DNA of 51,162 bases from Patescibacteria group bacterium (lineage in GTDB: Bacteria; Patescibacteriota; Minisyncoccia; Phycocordibacterales; JACOZG01): the NCBI GenBank assembly GCA_034658935.1, contig JAYEGE010000002.1:1-51162 (forward strand), written 5' to 3'. The notes below the pieces were generated by a model. It was given only the letters and a program-made list of their open reading frames with translations, was not told the DNA's origin and searched no databases. This document shows, one piece after another, positions 26,135 to 35,247 of the stretch. Every line of letters begins with the position of its first letter. Within the stretch, counting starts at the first letter, position 1. A program made the translations under genes and the position numbers.

Positions 26135-27112
26135 TTAACTATCATCTTTCAGGGATAGATCAAGTTTGCTCAATGCATCCCTAATTTCGGTTAATCCCTT
26201 TTCGCCCAACCCTTCAACCTTAAGTAAATCGGCTCCTTTCTTCCTAACCAAGCCACCAACCGTCCGAATGCCATCGCTTGTCAGGGCTTTACTGGTCCGA
26301 GTAGAGAGCTCCAGCTCGTCCACTCTGGTCTTCAGACTGTCCGAGGTATCATCATCCCCATCTTCAGATTCTTCGGTCTCTGCCTCCACCTTGTCTCTAG
26401 CGTTAAATTCTGTCTCCTCACTCTTAAAACCAACGATGGCTTGGAGCTGACTAATCATAATCTCCAGGGCCTTCTCCAGGGCCTGGCGTGAAGAAACAGT
26501 GCCATCAGTTTCAATATTTAGGCGGAGACGATTATAATCAGTCCTGTCGCCCACACGCATATTCTCCACCTCATAACTAGCTCGATGGATAGGGGTAAAG
26601 ACTGCGTCTAAGAAGATCACCCCGATTTCATTTCTATCATGTCGGATAACTTCCTTGGGAAGATAGCCCATGCCTCTCTCGACAGTCAATTCCACATCCA
26701 GAGAGCCCTTCTTGTCAGTGATTGTCGCCAGATATTGGTCAGAATTTATTACTTCCACTTGGCCACCAACTTGGATGTCTTTGGCAGTAATCTCCTTCTC
26801 TCCCTTAACTTTGAGAGACAATTTCTGGGGCTCATCGCCAGTAAACTTAAAGCGGACTCGTTTCAGATTTAGAATCAAAGAAATAACATCTTCCTTTACA
26901 CCAGGAATAGTGGCAAATTCATGAGTCACCCCCTCCACCTTTACGGTAGTAATAGCCGTTCCAACCAAAGAAGAAAGTAGGATACGGCGGAGAGAATTAC
27001 CCAAGGTGTGACCGTAGCCTGGGTAGAGACCGTCTACTTCGTAAATCCCCTTTAGCTGGTCTTCACTCACGATCCGTGGCTTAGAGGGTAAAATAATACT
27101 GGAATCGATCAT
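26135..27112 (-). CDS. rpoA: RNA polymerase alpha subunit
   Basis: GYGHTLGNSLRRILLSSL, HEFATIPGVKEDV, LDAVFTPI, alpha-CTD. Confidence 0.98.
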   Translation of the reverse strand: MIDSSIILPSKPRIVSEDQLKGIYEVDGLYPGYGHTLGNSLRRILLSSLVGTAITTVKVEGVTHEFATIPGVKEDVISLILNLKRVRFKFTGDEPQKLSLKVKGEKEITAKDIQVGGQVEVINSDQYLATITDKKGSLDVELTVERGMGYLPKEVIRHDRNEIGVIFLDAVFTPIHRASYEVENMRVGDRTDYNRLRLNIETDGTVSSRQALEKALEIMISQLQAIVGFKSEETEFNARDKVEAETEESEDGDDDTSDSLKTRVDELELSTRTSKALTSDGIRTVGGLVRKKGADLLKVEGLGEKGLTEIRDALSKLDLSLKDDS

Positions 27113-27146
27113 ATTAAAATAATTTAAACTTACTAAAAATTTATAT

Positions 27147-27764
27147 TTACACTCGGCTATAAAATTCCAAGATCGCCGTCAAATTTATATCACTCGGCAT
27201 ATCACTGGCTAATGGATCAGCAATAACCTCACCCGCTTTTTTGCCATCATCAAAGCACAGCCAAGCCGGCGCTTGGTAATCTTTCAATCTCTCTTCCAGC
27301 TCATTGGTAATGCCAGAACTCTGACTCTGAAGGCGGATAGTCACCACGTCACCAATCTTCACCTGGTGTGAAGGCACATTAAGGCGGCGGCCATTGAGCA
27401 TTATGTGGCCATGGGTTACCAATTGCCTGGCAGCCTGACGGCTAGGAGCTAAGCCCAAGCGGAAAACAACATTATCGAAGCGACGCTCTAACGTCTGGAA
27501 GAGATTTGTCCGTGGATCACCTTGGCGCGAACGGACGGCAGAAACATAATTAGCAATCTGGTGGTTCTTGAGACCATAAGTAAAGCGAGCCTTCTGTTTC
27601 TCGATCAATTGGACCCCATACTCTGAGCCGCCACGAGAACGTCGCCGACCCTTAGGTCGTGGCTTATTAGCTGAACCAGAAATACTAAATTTAGTGGTCT
27701 GTGTCTTAGGGAAGATGCGTGCCCCTAAACGTCGAGCAATTTTATATTTTGGTCCAATTATCAT
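27147..27764 (-). CDS. rpsD: 30S ribosomal protein S4
   Basis: SEYGVQLIEKQK, LERRFDNVVFRLG, ARQLVTHGH. Confidence 0.98.
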   Translation of the reverse strand: MIIGPKYKIARRLGARIFPKTQTTKFSISGSANKPRPKGRRRSRGGSEYGVQLIEKQKARFTYGLKNHQIANYVSAVRSRQGDPRTNLFQTLERRFDNVVFRLGLAPSRQAARQLVTHGHIMLNGRRLNVPSHQVKIGDVVTIRLQSQSSGITNELEERLKDYQAPAWLCFDDGKKAGEVIADPLASDMPSDINLTAILEFYSRV

Positions 27765-27773
27765 AATTATATT

Positions 27774-28205
27774 TTAGACTCGGCGCGGCTTAGGTGGCTT
27801 AGGTCCGTTAAAGGGCACCGGGGTAACGTCCTTCAAGGTATTAATCACTAGCCCCTTGCCGGCAAAGGCTCGGACTGCCGCCTCCCGACCAGACCCTACC
27901 CCACGTAAGATAACATCGATTTCTTTAAGGCCTAGAGCCTGGCCACGCTCCGCCACTACTTCTGCCACCTTGCCAGCGGCAAAGGGCGTCCCTTTCTTGG
28001 CACCCTTAAAGCCGAGAGCCCCACTAGAGGAGGCCAGAATAGCTCCACCCTCGGCATTAGCCAGAGTAATCTTAGTGTTATTATAAGTAGCTTGAATATG
28101 TACCACCCCAGCGACAAGCTTACGCTTCCCGGCGACAGCCGCTCCAGTATTGCCAGTTTTGATTTCAGCCTGACCGCTCTCAGTGATGATACGTTTCTTG
28201 CCCAT
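27774..28205 (-). CDS. rpsK: 30S ribosomal protein S11
   Basis: ATYNNT, GFKGAKKGTPFAA, GVGSGRE, DVTPVPFNG. Confidence 0.98.
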   Translation of the reverse strand: MGKKRIITESGQAEIKTGNTGAAVAGKRKLVAGVVHIQATYNNTKITLANAEGGAILASSSGALGFKGAKKGTPFAAGKVAEVVAERGQALGLKEIDVILRGVGSGREAAVRAFAGKGLVINTLKDVTPVPFNGPKPPKPRRV

Positions 28206-28211
28206 AATTAA

Positions 28212-28592
28212 TTATTTGATATCAACCTTACGTCGACCAGAACCCATAGTCTTGCGGACATTACCTCGACGCGTTCGAGAATTAGTTTTAGTCCGTTGGC
28301 CTCGCCCCGGCAAGTGATGAGAATGTCGAGACCCACGATAACTTTTAATATCAACCAATCGTTTAATATTAGCTGAAATCTCACGCTTGAGAGCCCCTTC
28401 AGTCTTGTAAACTTCTAGGGCCTTACGAACCTCGTTCTCCTCATCGGCCGAGAGCTCCTTCGCCCGCTTGTCGTAAGACACTTTAACTTGATCTAAAATG
28501 CGTCGTGAGCGGCTGCGCCCAACACCGTGAAGGGCAGTCAGGGCTACCTCCAAACGTTTATTATCGGGAATGGTAATACCAGCAATACGCAT
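28212..28592 (-). CDS. rpsM: 30S ribosomal protein S13
   Basis: MRIAGITIP, YRGSRH, GQRTKTNSRT. Confidence 0.98.
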   Translation of the reverse strand: MRIAGITIPDNKRLEVALTALHGVGRSRSRRILDQVKVSYDKRAKELSADEENEVRKALEVYKTEGALKREISANIKRLVDIKSYRGSRHSHHLPGRGQRTKTNSRTRRGNVRKTMGSGRRKVDIK

Positions 28593-28594
28593 AA

Positions 28595-28711
28595 TTAACC
28601 TTGTTTTTGTTTATGACTGGGTTTACTTTTGCAAATAATATAAAGCCGCCTCTGGCGCCTGACCAGCTTACATTTGGTGCATCGTGGTTTAACTGAGGCT
28701 CTAACTTTCAT
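28595..28711 (-). CDS. rpmJ: 50S ribosomal protein L36 (Zn-ribbon type); not in the ORF track
   Basis: [38 protein letters not shown]. Confidence 0.97.
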   Translation of the reverse strand: MKVRASVKPRCTKCKLVRRQRRLYIICKSKPSHKQKQG

Positions 28712-28735
28712 TTTCTTCCAAATTCTCCCAAAAAA

Positions 28736-28990
28736 TTAGGCTGGTTGTCGCAGCCTCCTAGTAATCCGGCCCTTGCCGCCATAAGGATCTAACACCAATT
28801 CAACCCGATCGCCGACTAAGACTCGGATTCGATATAGCCTCATTTTACCAGCCAGATAGGCCATGATTTCCTTATCTGGCTCAATCTTTACCTTAAAAAG
28901 AGTATTGGGAAGGGCTTCAACGACAGTGCCCACCACCACCCCCGTCGACTCCTTGGCGGCTGGGTCTTGTTTGTCTGATTCCGGCATCAT
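28736..28990 (-). CDS. infA: Translation initiation factor IF-1
   Basis: GTVVEALPNTLFKV, AYLAGKMR, IRVLVGDRV. Confidence 0.96.
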   Translation of the reverse strand: MMPESDKQDPAAKESTGVVVGTVVEALPNTLFKVKIEPDKEIMAYLAGKMRLYRIRVLVGDRVELVLDPYGGKGRITRRLRQPA

Positions 28991-29018
28991 TTTGACTACG
29001 CGCTAATACTAGCAAATT

Positions 29019-30311
29019 TTAATTAGAATCGTCAAGAGAAACCACAATATCGACCGCCGTGGCTGGAAAACGATGTGCCCAGGGAGGCCTGAATACGACC
29101 TCTAGTTTTTCGATGCCAGGGAAACGACCCAGCACCTCTTCAATCACTATTTTCTTCTCTCCAGCTAATTGTTGCTTCAAAGCGGCCTCACCGACCTGGG
29201 CCATAACCTTAGCCTCCCCCGCCAGACTAAAGGTGAAGGAACTGCCAGCCTCCAAATCAATACTCGCCACATCATCAATATCAAAATCCAATTTATCCAA
29301 GTTCCTAATCGACACTTCTAACCCCTGCAGACTAGGCAATTGATCACCAACTACCACTCGCGATAAATCTAAGAGCTCAAAGATGGCGCCACGGAGCTGG
29401 CCGACAATCACCATATTAACCGTCTCTCCCCCAGAGTCACTGACCCAATCAGTTTTATCTTCGAAACTGAAAGTGGTCCCCTTATCAAATAGAACAAAGT
29501 CTGCTGGAATCTGAGCCCGCGCCGCTTCTAAAAGTCTCGTGCGCAACTCTCCTTCTAGGGTCTGACGAGCCACTTCTTTGTCCGATTCTGAAACTACTTT
29601 GACGGTGCCGACAAAGCCCCCACTAGGCCCCCCCACCGAACGAGCTGAGAATTTAGAATAACGAGGGCCGTCCTTGAAACCAGGGATGGTAAATTGGAGA
29701 TCGTCGGCACTGTTGAAACTCTCTCCGGGAGAGTCTGCGACAATTGCCACCCTTACCTCCCCAGGCTGCTCCTCGTCATCGACCACCTTTTGACCAGGTA
29801 CTGTCGTCGCCTTAGTTAAGCGATAAATCCTCCCGTCTGAGGCCTCCAATCTGGTGTTAACCACCAGGCGTTGGTCAGACTTACTGTAATTATTACTAAT
29901 GATGGCCTCACCGCTCGCTTTCTCTGATAACTCTTCCTCGCCGCTAGCATTGAGAGTTTGGGAGGCTTCCGTAGCTGGCAAAGTGACCACCTCGTAAGTG
30001 ACCTCCCCACTCCCTGGGTCAGCACCATTAACGGCCACGAAATCACCAGACAAAATTAGATCAGCTTGTTTAGGTGTGACTATTACTGTGGCGCGAACCC
30101 ACCAACTAGACACCACGAAGACGAGCACTAACACCAATACAATTATCAAAACTAAATACCCCAAACGAAAGCGGCCTTTATTTCTTTGCCTCTTTTTAGT
30201 TGATTGACGAGGTAGACGTTTGTCAGAACTAGTGAGCTTTTTATCAGCGGCGTCCTTTTTAGGCAAGACTTCGCGTAGGCTCCGTTTCTTTGATCTGATT
30301 TCTGGTGACAT
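29019..30311 (-). CDS. Membrane-anchored protein with baseplate-J-like beta domain (common in CPR genomes)
   Basis: Basic N-terminus, one TM, KASGEAIISN, TRLEASDG, IVADSPGESFN, FTIPG, GGFVG. Confidence 0.7.
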   Translation of the reverse strand: MSPEIRSKKRSLREVLPKKDAADKKLTSSDKRLPRQSTKKRQRNKGRFRLGYLVLIIVLVLVLVFVVSSWWVRATVIVTPKQADLILSGDFVAVNGADPGSGEVTYEVVTLPATEASQTLNASGEEELSEKASGEAIISNNYSKSDQRLVVNTRLEASDGRIYRLTKATTVPGQKVVDDEEQPGEVRVAIVADSPGESFNSADDLQFTIPGFKDGPRYSKFSARSVGGPSGGFVGTVKVVSESDKEVARQTLEGELRTRLLEAARAQIPADFVLFDKGTTFSFEDKTDWVSDSGGETVNMVIVGQLRGAIFELLDLSRVVVGDQLPSLQGLEVSIRNLDKLDFDIDDVASIDLEAGSSFTFSLAGEAKVMAQVGEAALKQQLAGEKKIVIEEVLGRFPGIEKLEVVFRPPWAHRFPATAVDIVVSLDDSN

Positions 30312-30318
30312 AATGCTT

Positions 30319-31482
30319 TTACCTATGAGCCACTATTCTATCATAATAAATCGTTTCCGCCATCAGCGATAAATCTTGTCTGGCCTGGGTATCGTGAGGG
30401 GCCCAAGGAGAAAACCAATCTGCCTGCCAATAATCAATTGCCAATTGACGCTTAGTAACTAGTTGACCGTTCAAGGTGAGACCGTCTAGCCAGGAGCCGA
30501 AAAGTGGGGTCAGGTCTGGGTCGCCAATCAGCCAAGCCCGTTGTGGCAAGAAAAAGGACTGACGAGCCTCGACCGCCGATTGGCGGAAGGCCTTAAGCCA
30601 CTCCACCTTTACCTTCTCTAATACCTCGGCCAATTGATTGGCCGCCGAAGGGTAATGCTCGCCCTTGACCTGCCGCTTAATCGCCGCGGCCGCTTCAGCC
30701 AAACTAGCACCCAGGGCCTTGGCCACTTCTCGGATTACATAATGCCCGCCAACTGGGAAAGAGGCAGTTTCCAGAGAGATATCGTGAGTGGTTACTGAAA
30801 GCTCAGTGACCTCGCCACCGATATCTAGGAGCAAGTAAGAATCACGTTGAGGCAAAACCTCCCGCCAGACTCGGTAATAGACTAGGGCGGCAGTGTGCAG
30901 TTCAATATTTTCATGATGAAAGGCGGCGGTCATCGTCGCCCTGATTTTATCTAAGACATCGGTTGCCCCCAAACTAAAATAGCTGGCCACCTCGAGCTCG
31001 GAGGCCACCTGACCATAAGGATCAGCAATGTAATAGCCATTTAGTTTGATAGACAATAATTTATTCTCTATTAACTCATGTTGGCCCGCCTGCTCACTTT
31101 TAAAACGTTGTAGTTTCTCATCAATCAGACCATCAATTAGCTTGGAAGTGATCTCGGTTGGCTTCTCTAGCTTATATTGGATGGCCCTGGTCTGGGCAGC
31201 ATAAAAAGGGGCAGAGAGAAAAATATGTACCTTCTTGGGCGAGCCCTTCAATTTATTATCCTGCGATTTCAGGGTGCTCTGGAAATCAGTGAGAACCTCC
31301 TTCAAAGATGATTCTACTTGGCCGAAGAAAGTTCCTGGCGTTAATTCTTTTTGAAAATTAATTTGTCGGCGAGTGGTGTAGGCCACCTGGTGACGACTCT
31401 TCAACCGCTTATCTTTATGCGGCCTGAGAAGAGCCCCGCCAACACTGGTGCTTCCGATATCAATAAGGGCAACTAGAGACAT
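30319..31482 (-). CDS. FtsA/PilM-like actin-fold protein
   Basis: IDIGSTSVGG, LLDIGGEVTEL, SFPVGGHYV. Confidence 0.75.
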   Translation of the reverse strand: MSLVALIDIGSTSVGGALLRPHKDKRLKSRHQVAYTTRRQINFQKELTPGTFFGQVESSLKEVLTDFQSTLKSQDNKLKGSPKKVHIFLSAPFYAAQTRAIQYKLEKPTEITSKLIDGLIDEKLQRFKSEQAGQHELIENKLLSIKLNGYYIADPYGQVASELEVASYFSLGATDVLDKIRATMTAAFHHENIELHTAALVYYRVWREVLPQRDSYLLLDIGGEVTELSVTTHDISLETASFPVGGHYVIREVAKALGASLAEAAAAIKRQVKGEHYPSAANQLAEVLEKVKVEWLKAFRQSAVEARQSFFLPQRAWLIGDPDLTPLFGSWLDGLTLNGQLVTKRQLAIDYWQADWFSPWAPHDTQARQDLSLMAETIYYDRIVAHR

Positions 31483-31505
31483 TGTCTCAAAATTATAACA
31501 TAGAA

Positions 31506-31540
31506 CAAAAAAGCCGCCCCGATGGATACCGGGACGGCTG
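31506..31540 (-). terminator. Terminator of the empty cassette
   Basis: Minus strand: cagccgtcccgg...cggggcggctt plus T run. Confidence 0.65.
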
Positions 31541-31592
31541 TGGATGGAACAGAGAAAGAAAAGACGTCGTTATGTCATCTCTCTTCCCTTTC

Positions 31593-31639
31593 TTCTCTTG
31601 TCAGAGACCCGAACCGCGAGGGACATTCCCTCACTTCTG
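31593..31639 (-). repeat. 47-nt structured leader, copy 1
   Basis: 46/47 identical to 32812-32858; contains a GAGGGA-AUG-UCCCUC hairpin. Confidence 0.9.
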
Positions 31640-31644
31640 TTGTG

Positions 31645-31673
31645 AAGCTATCATGCAATAGGCCATTTGTCAA
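31645..31673 (-). promoter_or_regulatory. Promoter TTGACA-N17-TAGCTT (TG-extended)
   Basis: Same geometry as the promoter at 32864-32892. Confidence 0.6.
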
Positions 31674-31680
31674 GCAAATA

Positions 31681-31714
31681 AGAAAGCCGCCCCGGTGTAA
31701 AACCGAGACGGCTG
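31681..31714 (-). terminator. Terminator of the 343-aa ORF, paralogous to 31506-31540
   Basis: aagccgccccgg...ccgagacggctg. Confidence 0.65.
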
Positions 31715-31753
31715 TATATATGTACTGTGTACAGAGAAAAGAAAAGCGGATGG

Positions 31754-32785
31754 TCACTTCTTGGTATAACTCTCTTGGAGCTTCTTGAGGACCGCGTCAG
31801 CGGCATCACCCTCCTGACGTGATTTCTCCCAAAGCAGGCGCAGGCCTTCGGTGGTGACGATCGCTTCAAGCTGCGCCATGACGACCTTGTCCCAACAATC
31901 GTTGAAATCGGCCACCAACGTCTCTTGCTTCCGGAATCTCTTGGCTTGTTCGTCGACCAAGGGGCGAACGATCTCAACGTCCGCCAAAGTCGTCATGGTG
32001 TAGGCCATCTTCCTCAAGCAACTAGACCGGCGCCGTCCATCACTCCTGCCTATCCACCCATAGACCTCCTGAAGACGGGCTAGGTTCAAGGGCCCCGCAA
32101 ATTCCTTTTCGAACAGAAAGTGCAGACGCCTCTTGGCCATCTCCCGTTCTGGGGTCTCTTTGGGGACGCGAAATCGGAGCTCTTGGAGTTTGGGAATCTC
32201 TGTGGTTGCCGCTATCTCCTCGCCGGCGACCCGACACCATTTGGCGTAACAGACACCTCTGATCTCCTGGAGACGAGCGGATAGTCCAGACCCATCTAGG
32301 GCCCACCAAGGCGAATGTAATTGTGATGCCGTCTGAGCCAACTCGAGCGCCCTGGACGCGGCTGCTTGAGCAATGTCGACATCGAGCAGGTCGTGAGCGT
32401 ATGTTACCTCGTACGCTCCCTCAAAGCCCGACTCAGATTCGAGGATCACACGCGCCAAGGTTAAAACCCGGGCCTTTGCGAAATTCGAGAGCTGAGTCTG
32501 TTGCTTGTGGGAGATATGCCCGTAATTGTTGAGGTTCTTATGTCTCTGAACCTCCAATGACAACGCCGCGATATCTTCGGCGATCCCGACGTTCTTAACG
32601 AGCTGATCGTAGAAACTGGGCTCTTCGTTCACTTCCGTCTTCGCCCTCACTACCGACGAATCCTCCGGGTCAACAAAGCGAGCAAAGTTGACGACAATGG
32701 AGACACATACTATGGCCAACCCCGCGATAAGAACATGCGACCAACCCCACTTACTTTTGCTTTCAGTATTCTCGGCACATGTCAT
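31754..32785 (-). CDS. Membrane-anchored alpha-helical repeat hypothetical protein
   Basis: SD GAAAGGTGG, ATG 32785, one N-terminal TM, repeated amphipathic helices. Confidence 0.75.
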   Translation of the reverse strand: MTCAENTESKSKWGWSHVLIAGLAIVCVSIVVNFARFVDPEDSSVVRAKTEVNEEPSFYDQLVKNVGIAEDIAALSLEVQRHKNLNNYGHISHKQQTQLSNFAKARVLTLARVILESESGFEGAYEVTYAHDLLDVDIAQAAASRALELAQTASQLHSPWWALDGSGLSARLQEIRGVCYAKWCRVAGEEIAATTEIPKLQELRFRVPKETPEREMAKRRLHFLFEKEFAGPLNLARLQEVYGWIGRSDGRRRSSCLRKMAYTMTTLADVEIVRPLVDEQAKRFRKQETLVADFNDCWDKVVMAQLEAIVTTEGLRLLWEKSRQEGDAADAVLKKLQESYTKK

Positions 32786-32811
32786 CTCGTTCCACCTTTC
32801 TTTCTCTATTT

Positions 32812-32858
32812 TTCTCTTGTCAGAGACCCGAACCGCGAGGGACATTCCCCCACTTCTG
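32812..32858 (-). repeat. 47-nt structured leader, copy 2
   Basis: Near-identical to 31593-31639. Confidence 0.9.
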
Positions 32859-32863
32859 ATTTC

Positions 32864-32892
32864 AGACTATCATATTATGAAGTGGTTGTCAA
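32864..32892 (-). promoter_or_regulatory. Promoter TTGACA-N17-TAGTCT whose -35 lies in the last alaS codons
   Basis: alaS ends TTG ACA ACC ACT TCA TAA, supplying TTGACA. Confidence 0.55.
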
Positions 32893-34743
32893 GGTCGCCT
32901 TAATGCGGCGGATGCCGGCGGAGGTTGCTTCTTCTTTTTTGATTTTGAAAACCAGGTCGCCATCGGGGCCAGTCAAATCAGCGGTATTGCTAACATGCGG
33001 TCCGCCGCAGAACTCGATTGAAAAGGCCTCATCAAATTGTGGATCCTCGGCAGTAGCGTCAGCTGGGCCCACCGAGTAGACGGAGACTCGCTCTGGATAC
33101 TTAGCGCCAAACTCATGTTCAGCATTTAATTTCTCAGCTTCCTCAGAAGCCATCTCGGTATGGAGTACCGGCAGACCCTCCTTTATCTTTTCATTTACGG
33201 TTTTCTCCACCTCTTGCTTTTGCTCGTCGGTCATCTTCTGTCTATAAATAAAATCGATCCGCAAGCGCTCGGCAGTGATATTACTCCCCCGCTGTTTAAC
33301 CTCTGGCCCAAGAACTATCTGTAGAGCCTTGAGTAGCAAGTGGTGGGCGGTGTGCAAGCGAGTCGTCACCTCTGACGCATCAGCCAGCCCACCCTTAAAT
33401 TTTTGATCGAGGCCCGCTTTTGAGGCCTCCCTATGCTTCTTCATTTGTTTATCAAACTTAGCTTCGTTGATCGTCGTCCCCTTCTCCTGGGCCAATTCTT
33501 TAGTCAACTCAATAGGGAAACCATAACTAGTGAAGAGGATAAAGGGGTCAGTTCCTTTTTCAAATTCCTTTAACCCCCGAGTCAGGGTTACTCTGAACTT
33601 ATCTTCTTCATTCTGGATTTCCTCTGCAATCTTTGAACTTTGGTCTTTGACATTGGAGTAAGTCTCCGCGTACTGATCAGCCACAATGTTCACCAATTCT
33701 GACAACCCACCCGACTTGATCCCCAAAACATCCCCATATCGCACTGCCCGGCGGAGGAGACGGCGGAGAACATAGGCCTGTTCAACATTGCCCGGCTTTA
33801 CTCCGGCAGCAATGAGAAACACTGAGGCTTTAATGTGATCGGCTACGATCCGCATTGCCTTCTTGTCCTCTCCCCAACATTCAGGTTCTATGTCGTAACC
33901 CAAGTCGCCCTTGATAAAACAGTATTTTTTGCCACTTAACTCCTCTATTTTTTTGATAATCTCAGCGTGATTGGCCAAGAAGATATCGCTATTGTTCTGA
34001 GCAGCCATCGTTAAGCGTTCTAGACCGCCGCCAAAATCTACGTTGCGTCGTGGGAGCATAGTGAAGCTGCCCTCAGTCCTCTGATATTCCATGAAGACGT
34101 TATTGCCAATCTCGAGGAAGCGCCCACAATCACAATTAGGATGGCATTTCTTGCCGAACTTGGGATCATGCTCAACATTCTCAAATTCGTAGAATACCTC
34201 CGAGTCTGGCCCGCCCGGTTCACCTGCCGGCATACCCTGTGGCGGACCAGAGCGGCTCCACCAATTCTTCCCCACACCATAGAAAGCAATTTGGTCTTCA
34301 GGAATTCCTAATTCTTTCCAAATAGCAGCTGACTCGGTATCACGAGGCAACTTAAATTCCTCGTTACCCTCAAAGCAAGTCACCCAAAGACGCTCCTTGG
34401 ATACGCCAAGCTCTTTTGTTAGAAATTCAAAAAACCAACCCAATTGCTCTTGTTTGAAATAATCCCCCAAAGACCAATTGCCAAGCATTTCAAAAAAGGT
34501 GGTATGCCTATTGTCCCCCACCTCATCAATATCAATTGCCCGGAAACATTTCTGAGAATCGGCTACCCGTTGGCCCTCTGGATGATCCTTGCCCAAGAGG
34601 TACGGGATTAGCGGCTGCATACCCGAACCAGTGAAGAGGGTTGAGGGATCATTTTCAGGCACCAAAGAGGCCGGGGGCAAGATGGTATGTCCTCGCGCTT
34701 GAAAAAAGTCCAGGTAGCGCTTGCGAACTTCGTTAGCGGTCAT
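32875..34743 (-). CDS. alaS: Alanine--tRNA ligase, short form without the C-Ala domain
   Basis: LFTGSGMQP, HTTFFEMLGNWS, DFGGGLER, ADHIK, HTAHHLL, EFCGGPHV. Confidence 0.97.
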   Translation of the reverse strand: MTANEVRKRYLDFFQARGHTILPPASLVPENDPSTLFTGSGMQPLIPYLLGKDHPEGQRVADSQKCFRAIDIDEVGDNRHTTFFEMLGNWSLGDYFKQEQLGWFFEFLTKELGVSKERLWVTCFEGNEEFKLPRDTESAAIWKELGIPEDQIAFYGVGKNWWSRSGPPQGMPAGEPGGPDSEVFYEFENVEHDPKFGKKCHPNCDCGRFLEIGNNVFMEYQRTEGSFTMLPRRNVDFGGGLERLTMAAQNNSDIFLANHAEIIKKIEELSGKKYCFIKGDLGYDIEPECWGEDKKAMRIVADHIKASVFLIAAGVKPGNVEQAYVLRRLLRRAVRYGDVLGIKSGGLSELVNIVADQYAETYSNVKDQSSKIAEEIQNEEDKFRVTLTRGLKEFEKGTDPFILFTSYGFPIELTKELAQEKGTTINEAKFDKQMKKHREASKAGLDQKFKGGLADASEVTTRLHTAHHLLLKALQIVLGPEVKQRGSNITAERLRIDFIYRQKMTDEQKQEVEKTVNEKIKEGLPVLHTEMASEEAEKLNAEHEFGAKYPERVSVYSVGPADATAEDPQFDEAFSIEFCGGPHVSNTADLTGPDGDLVFKIKKEEATSAGIRRIKATLTTTS

Positions 34744-34791
34744 ATTAGAAATTGTCCATCATCTTCATCTTAACAAAATTTGAGTATAAAT

Positions 34792-35128
34792 AAAAAAAGA
34801 GCCCCGATGCAGCAACATCGGGGCGCTTAGTAGTGCCCCCACCCTTGCACTCGCAGGAGCACCACGGCAAGTGGCTATGAAAACTCAAACGCAGGGGCAG
34901 GTCAAGGCCATCACTCCCGACCGCCCCTGCCAAGGAGGCGCTCCCTAAGAAATAGGGATGCGGTAGGCGAAAAAAGAGGCGGAGCAGGAACCAATCCTGC
35001 TTCACTTCGACCGGATGTCCCACAAAAGGACCGTACGCCAAAAAAAAGAACTAGGTCAAAATGGGGGCAGGTGCGACCCCGCATCGCACCTACCCCGGCA
35101 GGAACTCCCCGTCGCCAGTCTTCATCCA
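34792..35128 (-). ncRNA. Candidate structured ncRNA or alaS leader (unassigned family)
   Basis: Promoter TTGACA-N17-TAGCAT at 35163-35135, several GC-rich hairpins, terminator at 34801-34824 plus U run, no convincing protein. Confidence 0.5.
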
Positions 35129-35247
35129 CATTCAATGCTACTCCCCGATTCCCAAGCTGTCAAGAGTCAGCTCAAGCCCGGTGGATAACTCGGCGTGTAT
35201 ACCTTGACAACATAACCCCACTAGGTTGGTGAGGAATTGTTTTTTGG

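Noticed and set aside
29019-30311. Prophage inferred from the baseplate-J-like domain
   Set aside because: No other phage genes; the protein is TM-anchored and sits among core genes
32875-34743. Short alaS (and short aspS, thrS) as pseudogenes
   Set aside because: Catalytic and editing motifs are intact with clean stops; loss of C-Ala, GAD and TGS domains is a known streamlined architecture
34792-35128. tmRNA, RNase P RNA or SRP RNA identity for the structured region
   Set aside because: The 5' end loosely resembles tmRNA but there is no T-arm or CCA end; RNase P GAGGAAAGUCC and CR-V motifs are absent; GGUCGAAGUGAAGCAG only partly matches SRP helix 8
34745-35135. ORFs 34745-35041 and 34911-35135 as proteins
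   Set aside because: No SD or family similarity; one runs through the terminator; the dense hairpins fit an RNA better
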